DNA of 64,000 bases from Chloroflexia bacterium. GTDB taxonomy: Bacteria; Chloroflexota; Chloroflexia; QHBQ01; JADMIH01. This document shows, piece after piece, positions 47,504-56,085 of this stretch (position 1 is the stretch's first letter; each line of letters begins with the position of its first letter). The position numbers and the translations under genes were made by a program. The DNA lies in assembly GCA_035474135.1 (NCBI GenBank), contig DATINP010000184.1, positions 9 to 64,008 on the forward strand, in the 5' to 3' direction. The notes below the pieces were generated by a model. That model searched no databases, had not been told where the DNA came from, and saw only the letters and a list, made by a program, of their open reading frames with translations.

Positions 47504-48634
47504 ATGGCAACACTGTATACCGCCAATAGCGATGCCGCCATCGAGGATGTTGTCGAGACCAAGCCTTATCCGCCAAGCTGGATGGACCGGCTGACGGATT
47601 GGGTGCGCAGTCTCAAGGTTCCCTACTGGATTGTCTATCTAATACCTGCCCTGGTCCTCTTTCTTATCACCTCGGCGATAAACTGGGGAGATGGCACATA
47701 TAGCACTGCTTATGAAGCAGGCAACAGGGCCGGGCTGTATAAAGTTGGCCCCTTTTACTTCTACCCGTTCCATGCCGTGCCCGAACTGGTGGCGTTCTAT
47801 GCACTCGCATTGATACACTATCTCGATAGCGTGGCTCACCGTGCCCTGAAGACCTTTCGTCCTGCCCTGCATATTGACGAGGCCCACTATCTGGCGCTCG
47901 ACTACCGCCTCACCACTCTTCCTGCACGTCCGACACTCCTTGCCAGCTTACTGGGAGTGTTGTTTGCGGTTTGCGCGCTCGCCGGCATCACCATTTTCTC
48001 CCCGGATCTTGGGGCCAGGCTGCTATTGTTCACGTCGCCTGCGGCCACCATTATTGATTGGGGAGTGTTCATGCTGTTGTGGTTCATCTGGGGCGCTGTG
48101 ACCTACCATACCATTCGCCAATTGCGGCTGGTGAGCCAGATCTTTGCCATCTACACGGATATAGACCTGTTTAACCTGCATCCCCTCTACTCTTTCTCCT
48201 GGCTCACTGCGCGCACGGGCATAGGCTGGATAATAGCCACCTACCTTTATATACTGACTGCGCCCGGCCTCCTGGAAAATGTTATCACGCTGGGTATTAT
48301 GGCGTTCAATTTCGTCTTTGCTATTGCAGCATTCGGTTGGCCTCTCGTTGGAATACATCGTAAGCTTGAGGCCGCCAAGTCAGAGCGCATCTACGCTTCC
48401 AACCAGGCGTTCGAGTCACTCAGTTCCGAACTGCACCGGCGCATAGCGAGTAATACTCTGGAAGAGATGCCGCAAATCAAGGACGGGTTGGAAGCCGTGT
48501 CCCGCGAGGTGGAGTTCCTCGACAAGATTCACACCTGGCCCTGGCAGCGCGAAACGGTTGGTGGCCTTTCAACGGCCCTTGTCCTGCCCATCATACTCTG
48601 GTTGATTACGCGATTCCTGGACAGGTTTCTATAG
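47504..48634 (+). CDS. Hypothetical polytopic membrane protein
   Basis: Strong SD GGAGGAG; about 7 hydrophobic segments. Confidence 0.8.
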   Translation: MATLYTANSDAAIEDVVETKPYPPSWMDRLTDWVRSLKVPYWIVYLIPALVLFLITSAINWGDGTYSTAYEAGNRAGLYKVGPFYFYPFHAVPELVAFYALALIHYLDSVAHRALKTFRPALHIDEAHYLALDYRLTTLPARPTLLASLLGVLFAVCALAGITIFSPDLGARLLLFTSPAATIIDWGVFMLLWFIWGAVTYHTIRQLRLVSQIFAIYTDIDLFNLHPLYSFSWLTARTGIGWIIATYLYILTAPGLLENVITLGIMAFNFVFAIAAFGWPLVGIHRKLEAAKSERIYASNQAFESLSSELHRRIASNTLEEMPQIKDGLEAVSREVEFLDKIHTWPWQRETVGGLSTALVLPIILWLITRFLDRFL

Positions 48635-48673
48635 CGCAAAGCCCCTTCAGGAACATTGGCCAGCCCATTGCTT

Positions 48674-48701
48674 GTCGTCAGTCGTCAGTCGTCAGTCGTC
48701 C
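48674..48701. repeat. Heptamer array (GTCGTCA)x3 GTCGTCC
   Basis: Read directly, immediately upstream of the sucC promoter. Confidence 0.9.
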
Positions 48702-48709
48702 AACCACCT

Positions 48710-48739
48710 TTGCCCAACGAACGGCTGACATGTTATAAT
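48710..48739 (+). promoter_or_regulatory. sigma70 promoter TTGCCC-N18-TATAAT with TG extension
   Basis: TG-T-TATAAT at 48731-48739. Confidence 0.6.
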
Positions 48740-48781
48740 CCAGCGCTAATCTCGAAATTAATAGACTATCGGAGGCTTAAC

Positions 48782-49933
48782 GTGAAACTCCACGAATACC
48801 AGGCTAAAGAGCTACTTGCTCGCGCGGGCGTGCCCGTTAATGAGGGGTATGTGGCCGACACCGCAGATGAAGCCGAGCAGATCGCCACTCGTATCGGCAA
48901 GCCTGTTATGATCAAGGCGCAGGTGATGATGGGTGGCCGGGGCAAGGCCGGAGGCGTCAAATATTCTAAGGACGTAGCAGCAGCCCGCCAGAACGCCGAG
49001 AACATCCTGGGCCGCCTTTTGCAGAACGAGCAGAACCCCAAAGGCGAGGTCGTCCAACGCGTGCTGGTGGCAGACGCCGCCGATATCACCAAGGAATACT
49101 ATTTGGGAGCCACCGTAGACCGTGGCTCCAAGTCTATTGTCGTCATGGGTAGCTCGGAAGGTGGCGTGGAGATCGAGCAGGTTGCCAAAGATAACCCGGA
49201 TGCTATCATCAAAGTCTTCGTTGATCCGCGCCTGGGCCTCCTCGACTACCAGGCCCGCGAACTTGCATTTGGCATGGGCCTCGGCGCACAGGCCCGCGAC
49301 TTCACTCGCATCGCCAAAGGGCTGGTGCAGACCCTGATCGCCCACGACGCTTCGTTGACCGAGATCAACCCCCTGGCTCTTACTCCCAACGGCCTGCTGG
49401 CGCTGGACGCCAAGATGGTGCTTGACGACAACGCCCTGTATCGCCAGAAGTGGGCCGAAGAACTCCGCGACCCGGCGGAAGAGGAAGAGTCGGAGCGGCA
49501 GGCCCGCGAAGCCGGTATCTCATTCGTTAAACTGGATGGCAATATTGGTTGTATGGTTAATGGAGCGGGTCTCGCGATGGCGACAATGGACACCATCAAG
49601 GAGTACGGCGGCACGCCCGCCAACTTCCTCGATATAGGCGGCGGCGCACGCGAGGACAAGGTAGAAGCGGCTCTGCGCATAATCCTGAGCGACCCCAACG
49701 TGAAAGCCGTCATGTTCAATATCTTTGGCGGCATAACACGCGGCGACGTGGTCGCGAAGGGCATAATCAACGTGCTGAACCTGCTCAAGCCCGACGTGCC
49801 GATGGTGGTCCGCCTGGCGGGCACCAACGCTGAAGAGGGCAGAAAGATCCTCGAAGCGGCCAACCTCCCAGCCGCCACTACTCTCGACGAAGCCGCCCAA
49901 AAGGCGGTGGAGCTTGCAAGCAAAAGATCATAG
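48782..49933 (+). CDS. sucC: Succinyl-CoA synthetase beta subunit
   Basis: [61 protein letters not shown]; GTG 48782 after GGAGG. Confidence 0.96.
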   Translation: MKLHEYQAKELLARAGVPVNEGYVADTADEAEQIATRIGKPVMIKAQVMMGGRGKAGGVKYSKDVAAARQNAENILGRLLQNEQNPKGEVVQRVLVADAADITKEYYLGATVDRGSKSIVVMGSSEGGVEIEQVAKDNPDAIIKVFVDPRLGLLDYQARELAFGMGLGAQARDFTRIAKGLVQTLIAHDASLTEINPLALTPNGLLALDAKMVLDDNALYRQKWAEELRDPAEEEESERQAREAGISFVKLDGNIGCMVNGAGLAMATMDTIKEYGGTPANFLDIGGGAREDKVEAALRIILSDPNVKAVMFNIFGGITRGDVVAKGIINVLNLLKPDVPMVVRLAGTNAEEGRKILEAANLPAATTLDEAAQKAVELASKRS

Positions 49934-50009
49934 ACGGTAGACCGTAAGTCATTCGTAGCTGGTTTTCAGGCTTGCGATCCACGGTCTACGACTCCCGAAA
50001 GGAAGATCC

Positions 50010-51827
50010 ATGGCAACTACATTGGCAAAGCGTAGCGAAATACCCGTTGAACGAACGTGGGACGCGACCGCCATTTATCCATCGAACGAGGCATGGGAAG
50101 CTGCTGTTGCGGATGTTATGGGGCGATTGCCGGGCCTCGAGAAGTATAGCGGGCATCTAGGCGAGTCGGCAGATCACTTGCTGGAAGCGCTGACGGCGCG
50201 TGATGCCCTCATAGTCGAGACGTTTCACATCTACCAGTATGCGGCAATGTACCACTTTGGCGATACGAACGACCAGGACGCCGCCGGGCGCTACGGTAGG
50301 GCTGTGGGGCTGTTCGGCAGGGTGGGCGCTGCCGTGGCATTCTACGAGCCGGAGATACTGGCCATCGAACCGGCCCGACTCCAGGCATTGCTCGCCGAGT
50401 CGGACGGGCTGCGCGCGTATGCCCACTACTTCGACAAACTGGCCCGCCGCCGCGAGCATGTACGCTCTGCCGAGGTAGAAGAAGTGCTGGCTGCTATGGC
50501 CGACCTGGCTAACATGGGCGACCGCACGCACGACGCGCTGGCCGACGCTGACCTGAAATTTGGCAAGATCAAGGACGAGGCGGGCAACGATGTCGAGCTA
50601 GGCCAGGGCAATATTGAGACTTTTATCAGGAACACCAACCGTGATGTGCGCAAGGCCGCTTGGGAAGCCCAGGCTGACGCCTATATTAGTATGAAGAACA
50701 CCTTTGCCGCCACTCTTACCACCGCAGTGAAGCGCGACGTGTTCTATGCCCGTGCCCGCAAGTACGGCAGTGCGCTTGAGGCCGCCCTGGGGGCAATTAA
50801 CATTCCGGTAGAAGTGTTCCACACCACCATTGATACCTTCAAGAGCCATCTCCCGCTCTGGCACCGCTACTGGGAGATCAAGCGACGCGGCCTGGGCGTA
50901 GACAAGTTGCGCGGTTATGATATTGATGTGCCTCTGATCCGCTCTCAGCGTAAGATACCGTATGAGCAGGGGATGCAGATGGTGGTCGAGGGACTTGCGC
51001 CTCTCGGGTCTGAGTACGCGGGGCCAATGAAGCGCGGACTCTATGACGAGCGCTGGGTGGATGCGCTGCCCAACGAGGGCAAGGCCGGGGGCGCATTCTC
51101 GTCGGGCGCGTGGGGCACCAACCCCTATCTCCTTCTGAGCTACGATGATACGCTGGAGAACGTCAGCACACTGGCTCACGAGATGGGCCATTCTATGCAC
51201 TCGTATTTAGCTTGGAAGACCCAGCCTCCCGTTTATGCCATGTACTCCATGTTCGTAGCCGAGACAGCCTCCAACTTCAACCAGGCCCTGATGCGCGCCG
51301 ACCTCCTGAAGAAGACCACTGATGTGGACTTCGAGCTTGAGATACTGGCCGAGGCTATGAGCAACTTCCACAGGTACTTCTTTATCATGCCTACGCTGGC
51401 CCGTTTCGAACTGGAATGCCACGAGCACGAGGAGCGCGGCGAGGGCTTGACGGCAGACGGGATGAGCAGGCTTATGGCCGACCTGTACCGCGAAGCCTAC
51501 GGCCCGGCGGTCGAGGTGGATGATGCGCGTGTGGGCATCACCTGGGCCGAGTTCCCCCACCTGTTCGGCAACTTCTACGTCTTCCAGTACACAACCGGTA
51601 TCTCGGCCGCCAATGCACTGGCCGACCGCGTACTGAAAGAGGGCACACCCGCAGTTGAGAATTACCTCAACTTCTTGAAAGCCGGCGACTCTCTCTACCC
51701 CATAGACGCGCTGAAACTGGGCGGAGTGGACATGACCACGCCCGAACCTGTAGCCCGTGCCTTCAGCATCCTGGAGAATATGATCGTGAACCGTCTGGAC
51801 GAACTGGTGGGCGACGGACCCCTGTGA
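50010..51827 (+). CDS. pepF: Oligoendopeptidase F (M3B)
   Basis: RSEIP...WD, GAFSSG, LAHEMGHSMH (HExxH), FVAETASNFN, FYVFQY. Confidence 0.95.
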   Translation: MATTLAKRSEIPVERTWDATAIYPSNEAWEAAVADVMGRLPGLEKYSGHLGESADHLLEALTARDALIVETFHIYQYAAMYHFGDTNDQDAAGRYGRAVGLFGRVGAAVAFYEPEILAIEPARLQALLAESDGLRAYAHYFDKLARRREHVRSAEVEEVLAAMADLANMGDRTHDALADADLKFGKIKDEAGNDVELGQGNIETFIRNTNRDVRKAAWEAQADAYISMKNTFAATLTTAVKRDVFYARARKYGSALEAALGAINIPVEVFHTTIDTFKSHLPLWHRYWEIKRRGLGVDKLRGYDIDVPLIRSQRKIPYEQGMQMVVEGLAPLGSEYAGPMKRGLYDERWVDALPNEGKAGGAFSSGAWGTNPYLLLSYDDTLENVSTLAHEMGHSMHSYLAWKTQPPVYAMYSMFVAETASNFNQALMRADLLKKTTDVDFELEILAEAMSNFHRYFFIMPTLARFELECHEHEERGEGLTADGMSRLMADLYREAYGPAVEVDDARVGITWAEFPHLFGNFYVFQYTTGISAANALADRVLKEGTPAVENYLNFLKAGDSLYPIDALKLGGVDMTTPEPVARAFSILENMIVNRLDELVGDGPL

Positions 51828-51849
51828 GTAAATAACGGCAACGCCGGCT

Positions 51850-52350
51850 ATGCTTGAGAAAGCCCTACAGGGAGCACGTCTCCTTTATGCCTACACGCTC
51901 TTTATTGACGCGCCCCTGGATACTGTGTTCACCTACACAGGTAACCCTGACTACTGGACGCGCGACTTCAAGGGTGACCCATTACCGCGTCTGGCGCTTA
52001 CCTGGGAGGGCAGGCGCAACCAACCCGGCTCGATCATGACCCTGTCGGCCAGAAGGAAGGACGACACGATTTCGACAGTGGGCGGCGTGCGGATGGAGTT
52101 GATCCATTATGCCCCACGCGAGGAGATCACCTACCGCTATCTGGTGGGCAACCACCTGATATACAGGTTCGTATACGAAGCCGTTTCGCCCACGCGCACC
52201 GAGTTTACCGTGAATGTGCTGGTGGACGCCCAAAGCCCTTTCCTGAACACATTGAGGCAGCGTCTCTATGCCCGCAAGCGCCGCAAGGCCTCCATAGCCG
52301 ACCACTTTCGCGTGAAAGGCATCCTGGAGGACAGAGCGAGCCGTAGATAG
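51850..52350 (+). CDS. Hypothetical SRPBCC-like protein
   Basis: FIDAPLDTVFTYT N-terminal pattern typical of SRPBCC folds. Confidence 0.55.
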   Translation: MLEKALQGARLLYAYTLFIDAPLDTVFTYTGNPDYWTRDFKGDPLPRLALTWEGRRNQPGSIMTLSARRKDDTISTVGGVRMELIHYAPREEITYRYLVGNHLIYRFVYEAVSPTRTEFTVNVLVDAQSPFLNTLRQRLYARKRRKASIADHFRVKGILEDRASRR

Positions 52351-52356
52351 TAGTAA

Positions 52357-52500
52357 TACGTCATGCGTCATACGTCATGCGTCGCATATTAACTTAATGA
52401 CGCAAGCATGCCAAAATGGGACAGGTTTTGTGTAGTCCATTCGGGTACATTTCCGGACGACGCATGACGTATGACTCACGATCTACGATCTACGATCCGC
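52357..52500. repeat. Heptamer arrays flanking copy C of the 71-bp element; 18-bp perfect inverted repeat (52367-52384 / 52458-52475)
   Basis: GTCATACGTCATGCGTCG and CGACGCATGACGTATGAC; the right array continues as six GA-phased units to 52500. Confidence 0.88.
52390..52460 (+). repeat. 71-bp dispersed element, copy C
   Basis: 61/71 identical to copy B by hand alignment. Confidence 0.9.
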
Positions 52501-53312
52501 CCTTTGATCCCGAACACCTCGGCGACTGCGCTTAGTTCCTCAGGCGTCAGGCCATCAGCCTGGCTGTGGGCGACCAGGTCCATGTACTCGTAGTGGGCAG
52601 CGGCTTCGGCGTACTCTATTATGTCGGCGGCGCGCACAGCCGAGATGTCAGAGCGTGCCATTACGCCGTGTTTGCTCCACAGCACAAGGTTATGGTCGCG
52701 CAGCCCTGCCACCGTAGTATCCATGAGAGCGTGAGAGCCGGGCAACAGAAAGGGCAGCACGCACACCCCGTCCGGTAGCTCGACAATCGTCTCGGGCTGC
52801 CAGCGCAACAGCCTCCGGTTGAACACAAGCTGGTCGCGATAGGCCGGAATATGACTGAGGTAGACCATGTTGGGCGGTTGGGCGTGCACGAGGGCCTGAA
52901 AGTTGGTGCCGGTGCGTGCGACCGCATCCTGGTGTGCGGCCAGGTGCGAATTGAACTCACTCGTGATGCGCGTGAATAGGCGTCGCGGCGATGTGAATAG
53001 CTGGGCGCTCAGCCCGCCCGGATCGACCACGATAGCACCGAGGTTCCCCTCCGGGTCGGCCTCGATATCCCGCAGGCGGCGGCCCGAGCCTGTCACCAGC
53101 ACCGTCTTGCCGGCCAGCGCAGGCGCGGGTTGTGGCAGGTCGATCTGCTCAGCTTGTGAGAAGCGCTGTTGCACGTCGAGCGGCCACCCGGCATAGACCG
53201 AGATGTTGCCCGCCGCGCCTTCAGTCGCTTTTATCTCGTTGAGGCGTTGGCCCGCTTCGCCTATAGAGGCGATTAGCTCGTCCAGGCCGGGGTAAGGTTG
53301 CGTTAGGGGCAT
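52476..53312 (-). CDS. Class II aldolase/adducin-family protein (RhaD-like)
   Basis: EGAAGNISV, TGSGRRLRD, TSEFNSHL, VHAQP, LVLWSKHGV. Confidence 0.8.
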   Translation of the reverse strand: MPLTQPYPGLDELIASIGEAGQRLNEIKATEGAAGNISVYAGWPLDVQQRFSQAEQIDLPQPAPALAGKTVLVTGSGRRLRDIEADPEGNLGAIVVDPGGLSAQLFTSPRRLFTRITSEFNSHLAAHQDAVARTGTNFQALVHAQPPNMVYLSHIPAYRDQLVFNRRLLRWQPETIVELPDGVCVLPFLLPGSHALMDTTVAGLRDHNLVLWSKHGVMARSDISAVRAADIIEYAEAAAHYEYMDLVAHSQADGLTPEELSAVAEVFGIKGRIVDRRS

Positions 53313-53319
53313 GGCGTTG

Positions 53320-54054
53320 CTACGCGCCTGCGTTGGCTGTGTTCGGTGGGTCGGGCGCAGCCAGATTGAACGGGTTGAAATCTGTTCCTATGTCGTAGTA
53401 ATCTTCGCGTTCGGTACGCTTGAGGAAACCCACGATCAGGTAGGTTACGGGCGTGAGGACGACCTCGATGCCTACCTTAAAGATGTAATTGGAGATAACC
53501 AGCGTCCAGAATGCGCTACCCTCCATCGGGCTGCCCAGAAGCACGCCGCCGAGCGCGAAGGCGATGCCCGCGAATAGTAGAGTGTCGATGCCTTCTCCTA
53601 TAATAGTGGAGCCGATGGTGCGCGTCCACAGCCACTTGCCTTTTGTGAGGATCTTCATCTTCGCGAGTACGAACGAGTTAGAGAACTCGCCCGCCCAGAA
53701 TGCGATAAGGCTGCCGAGAACGATGTAGGGCGTGCTTTGCAGGGCCATGTTGAAAGCGTCTGACTGAGGCTGAGGGCCGAAGTCGCCCGGAATGGGCAAG
53801 AGCGTAACCACCCACAGCACGATGGCCATAAGTCCCGCCGACCCGAACCCCATCCATATCACGCGGCGCGAGCGCCTGTAGCCGTATACCTCGGTTAGTA
53901 TGTCACCGAAGATGTAGCTAAGAGGGAACAGCACGGTGCCGCCGTCATACTGGAACGGCCCCAGCGATACGAATTTGTTCGAGGCGATATTGCTTATGAG
54001 AAGCACCGCTACGAATGCCACCATTACTATGTCGAAGTATCTGAAAGATCTCAC
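53320..54054 (-). CDS. yhhQ: VUT-family (YhhQ-like) queuosine-precursor transporter
   Basis: LLISNIASNK, GGTVLFPLSYIFGDILTEVYG, GEFSNS, RTIGSTIIGEGID. Confidence 0.9.
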   Translation of the reverse strand: MRSFRYFDIVMVAFVAVLLISNIASNKFVSLGPFQYDGGTVLFPLSYIFGDILTEVYGYRRSRRVIWMGFGSAGLMAIVLWVVTLLPIPGDFGPQPQSDAFNMALQSTPYIVLGSLIAFWAGEFSNSFVLAKMKILTKGKWLWTRTIGSTIIGEGIDTLLFAGIAFALGGVLLGSPMEGSAFWTLVISNYIFKVGIEVVLTPVTYLIVGFLKRTEREDYYDIGTDFNPFNLAAPDPPNTANAGA

Positions 54055-54089
54055 TGCTTACTGTGCCCTCCGTCTTTGTCCGGTATGAC

Positions 54090-54929
54090 CTATTTTACCA
54101 GCGGCTCGACCTGCTTCGCTATTTCTTCCACCAGGCCCGCCTGGTAGTTTGTTGGCAGACCTATGACGATGTGGGTGAAGCCCACTTCGCCGTAGGCTTC
54201 AACGCGCTCACGTATCACGCTCACGTCGCCTGCGTCCTTCATGTAGAACTGGGCAGAGCGGACGATAGTGCCCGGGTCGCGCCCGACCGCGGCGCAGTGT
54301 TCGTCGAGGATGCGGCTCTTGCGTAGGGCTTCTTCCGGGGAGGCACCGGAGTTCCACACGTCGGCGTGCTTTGCGACCACGCGCAGGGTCAACTTCTCGC
54401 CGCCTCCGCCTATCACAAGGGGCGGGTAGGGCTTCTGGATGGGCTTGGGTTCGTGGCGCGCGGCTTCCAGCCTGTAGTATTTGCCCTCGAAGTCGGCAAG
54501 TTCTTGCGTCCACAGTAGTTTGAGTACCTGACAGGCTTCGTCCAGTTCGTGTATGCGCTGGGCGGGCGGCGGGAAGGGGATACCGTACATCTTGTACTCG
54601 GTCTCGAACCAGCCTGCGCCAAGGCCCATATCAAGCCTGCCGTTGCTCACCTGGTCAACCGTGGTGGCTATCTTGGCGAGTACCGACGGGTAACGATAGC
54701 CATTACAGCCGACCATCAGGCCCAACCTCACACGCCGGGTAGCCGCGGCCAGCGCGCTCAACAGTGTCCAGCCGTCCAGGCACGGCCCTTCTACGTGGCC
54801 GTTAATAGGTACGAAATGGTCAAAGAGCCAGAAGCCTGTGAAGGTGGGTATGGCTTCGGTGTCTTGCGCGTAGGCCAGCATATTGGCCCAGTCGCGGTCG
54901 TGTTGTGCAGCCTTTATATCGATTCGCAT
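54090..54929 (-). CDS. LLM-class, probably F420-dependent, oxidoreductase
   Basis: WLFDHF, DGWTLLSALA, YRYPSVLAK, SNGRLDMGLGAGW, PLVIGGGGEK. Confidence 0.9.
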   Translation of the reverse strand: MRIDIKAAQHDRDWANMLAYAQDTEAIPTFTGFWLFDHFVPINGHVEGPCLDGWTLLSALAAATRRVRLGLMVGCNGYRYPSVLAKIATTVDQVSNGRLDMGLGAGWFETEYKMYGIPFPPPAQRIHELDEACQVLKLLWTQELADFEGKYYRLEAARHEPKPIQKPYPPLVIGGGGEKLTLRVVAKHADVWNSGASPEEALRKSRILDEHCAAVGRDPGTIVRSAQFYMKDAGDVSVIRERVEAYGEVGFTHIVIGLPTNYQAGLVEEIAKQVEPLVK

Positions 54930-55043
54930 GATTACTCCTGATTCCTATCTGCCGGCACCTTGCTGGCCTTTTTTGCCGATTAGCATTACATTATACTGAA
55001 TCATGACATATGACGCATGAGGTATTACGTCCCAGGAGTAACT

Positions 55044-56008
55044 ATGCACGAACAGCTTACAGAGGAATACATCCGCAAAGTATGGGCCGAACTTGGTGCC
55101 CATGTCAGGCCCACCACGTTTCAGAGCACCCTGCTATTGGACCGGGCGCTAGGGGCCGAGGTAACGGTTGCCAGCGAAACATTGCAGATCACAGGCAGTT
55201 TCAAGTTTCGGGCTGCTTACAACCTCCTGCGTGACGTGGAGACCGAGAGTGTGATTACCACCTCGTCGGGCAACTTCGGGCAGGCGGTAGCCTATGCCTG
55301 CATGCTGTTGGGTAAGAGTTGCACGGTGCTGATGCCCGCCAATTCGTCCAAAACCAAGCAGGCAAATATCCGTGCCTACGGAGGCGAGGTCGTACTGATC
55401 GACACCGCGACCAAGAGCAGGATGCTTTACACCACCGAGATACTAACCGAACACCCCGACGCTTTTACGCCCCACCCTACGACCACTACCGCGTGGTGGC
55501 GGGCAACTCAACGCTGGGCAGGGAGATATTCGAGCGGTTCGGGCCGGACGGCATAGATTATGTGCTGTGTCCCGTGGGTGGTGGAGGGCTTATTTCTGGC
55601 ATCATCCTCGCTCGCGACCTTCTAGCGCCCGACGTGGAGGTAGTGGGAGTCGAACCTTTGCTGGGCAACGATGCAGCGCGCTCTTTGCGGTCGGGCGAAC
55701 TGGTCACGCTTGATTCGGAGCCTGCAACGATGGCCGACGGTACGCGCACGCCCAGCGTGGGCAACCTCAACTGGGAGATCATACGCGGAGGGTTGCGCCG
55801 GATAATAGAGGTGCCGGAGGATCTGATAGCCGAGGGTCTACGCACTCTATATGCCAACGCCAATCTGAAAGTAGAGCCGACCGGCGCGCTGACAATAGGC
55901 GCGATGCTCACTCAGCCAGGCGTATTCGCGGGTAAGCGCGTATGCTGCATAGTAAGCGGCGGCAATGTAGACGCCGACGTGTACGTGAAAGTGCTTCGCG
56001 AGTCATAG
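55044..56008 (+). pseudogene. PLP-dependent serine/threonine dehydratase-family gene split by a 1-bp frameshift (or a sequencing error)
   Basis: First frame carries TGSFKFRAA (PLP Lys) and SSGNFG; second frame carries PPYDH, PVGGGGLISG, ADG, VEPTGA, SGGNVD. Frames join near 55463-55480; restoring 1 nt gives 321 aa. Confidence 0.85.
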
Positions 56009-56085
56009 ATCTTAGATCTTAGATCATAAGTCGGACGGCAGGAGACGCATGACTTACGATCTAAGATCTAAGATCTACGACTCGT
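56006..56085. repeat. Inverted heptamer arrays (TAGATCT)n / (GATCTAA)n holding both convergent stop codons
   Basis: Arms 56006-56032 and 56051-56077 complementary at 26/27 positions. Confidence 0.92.

Noticed and set aside
54055-54089. preQ1 riboswitch ahead of the YhhQ-like transporter
   Set aside because: The gap is only 35 nt and lacks the preQ1 stem/A-rich tail pattern.
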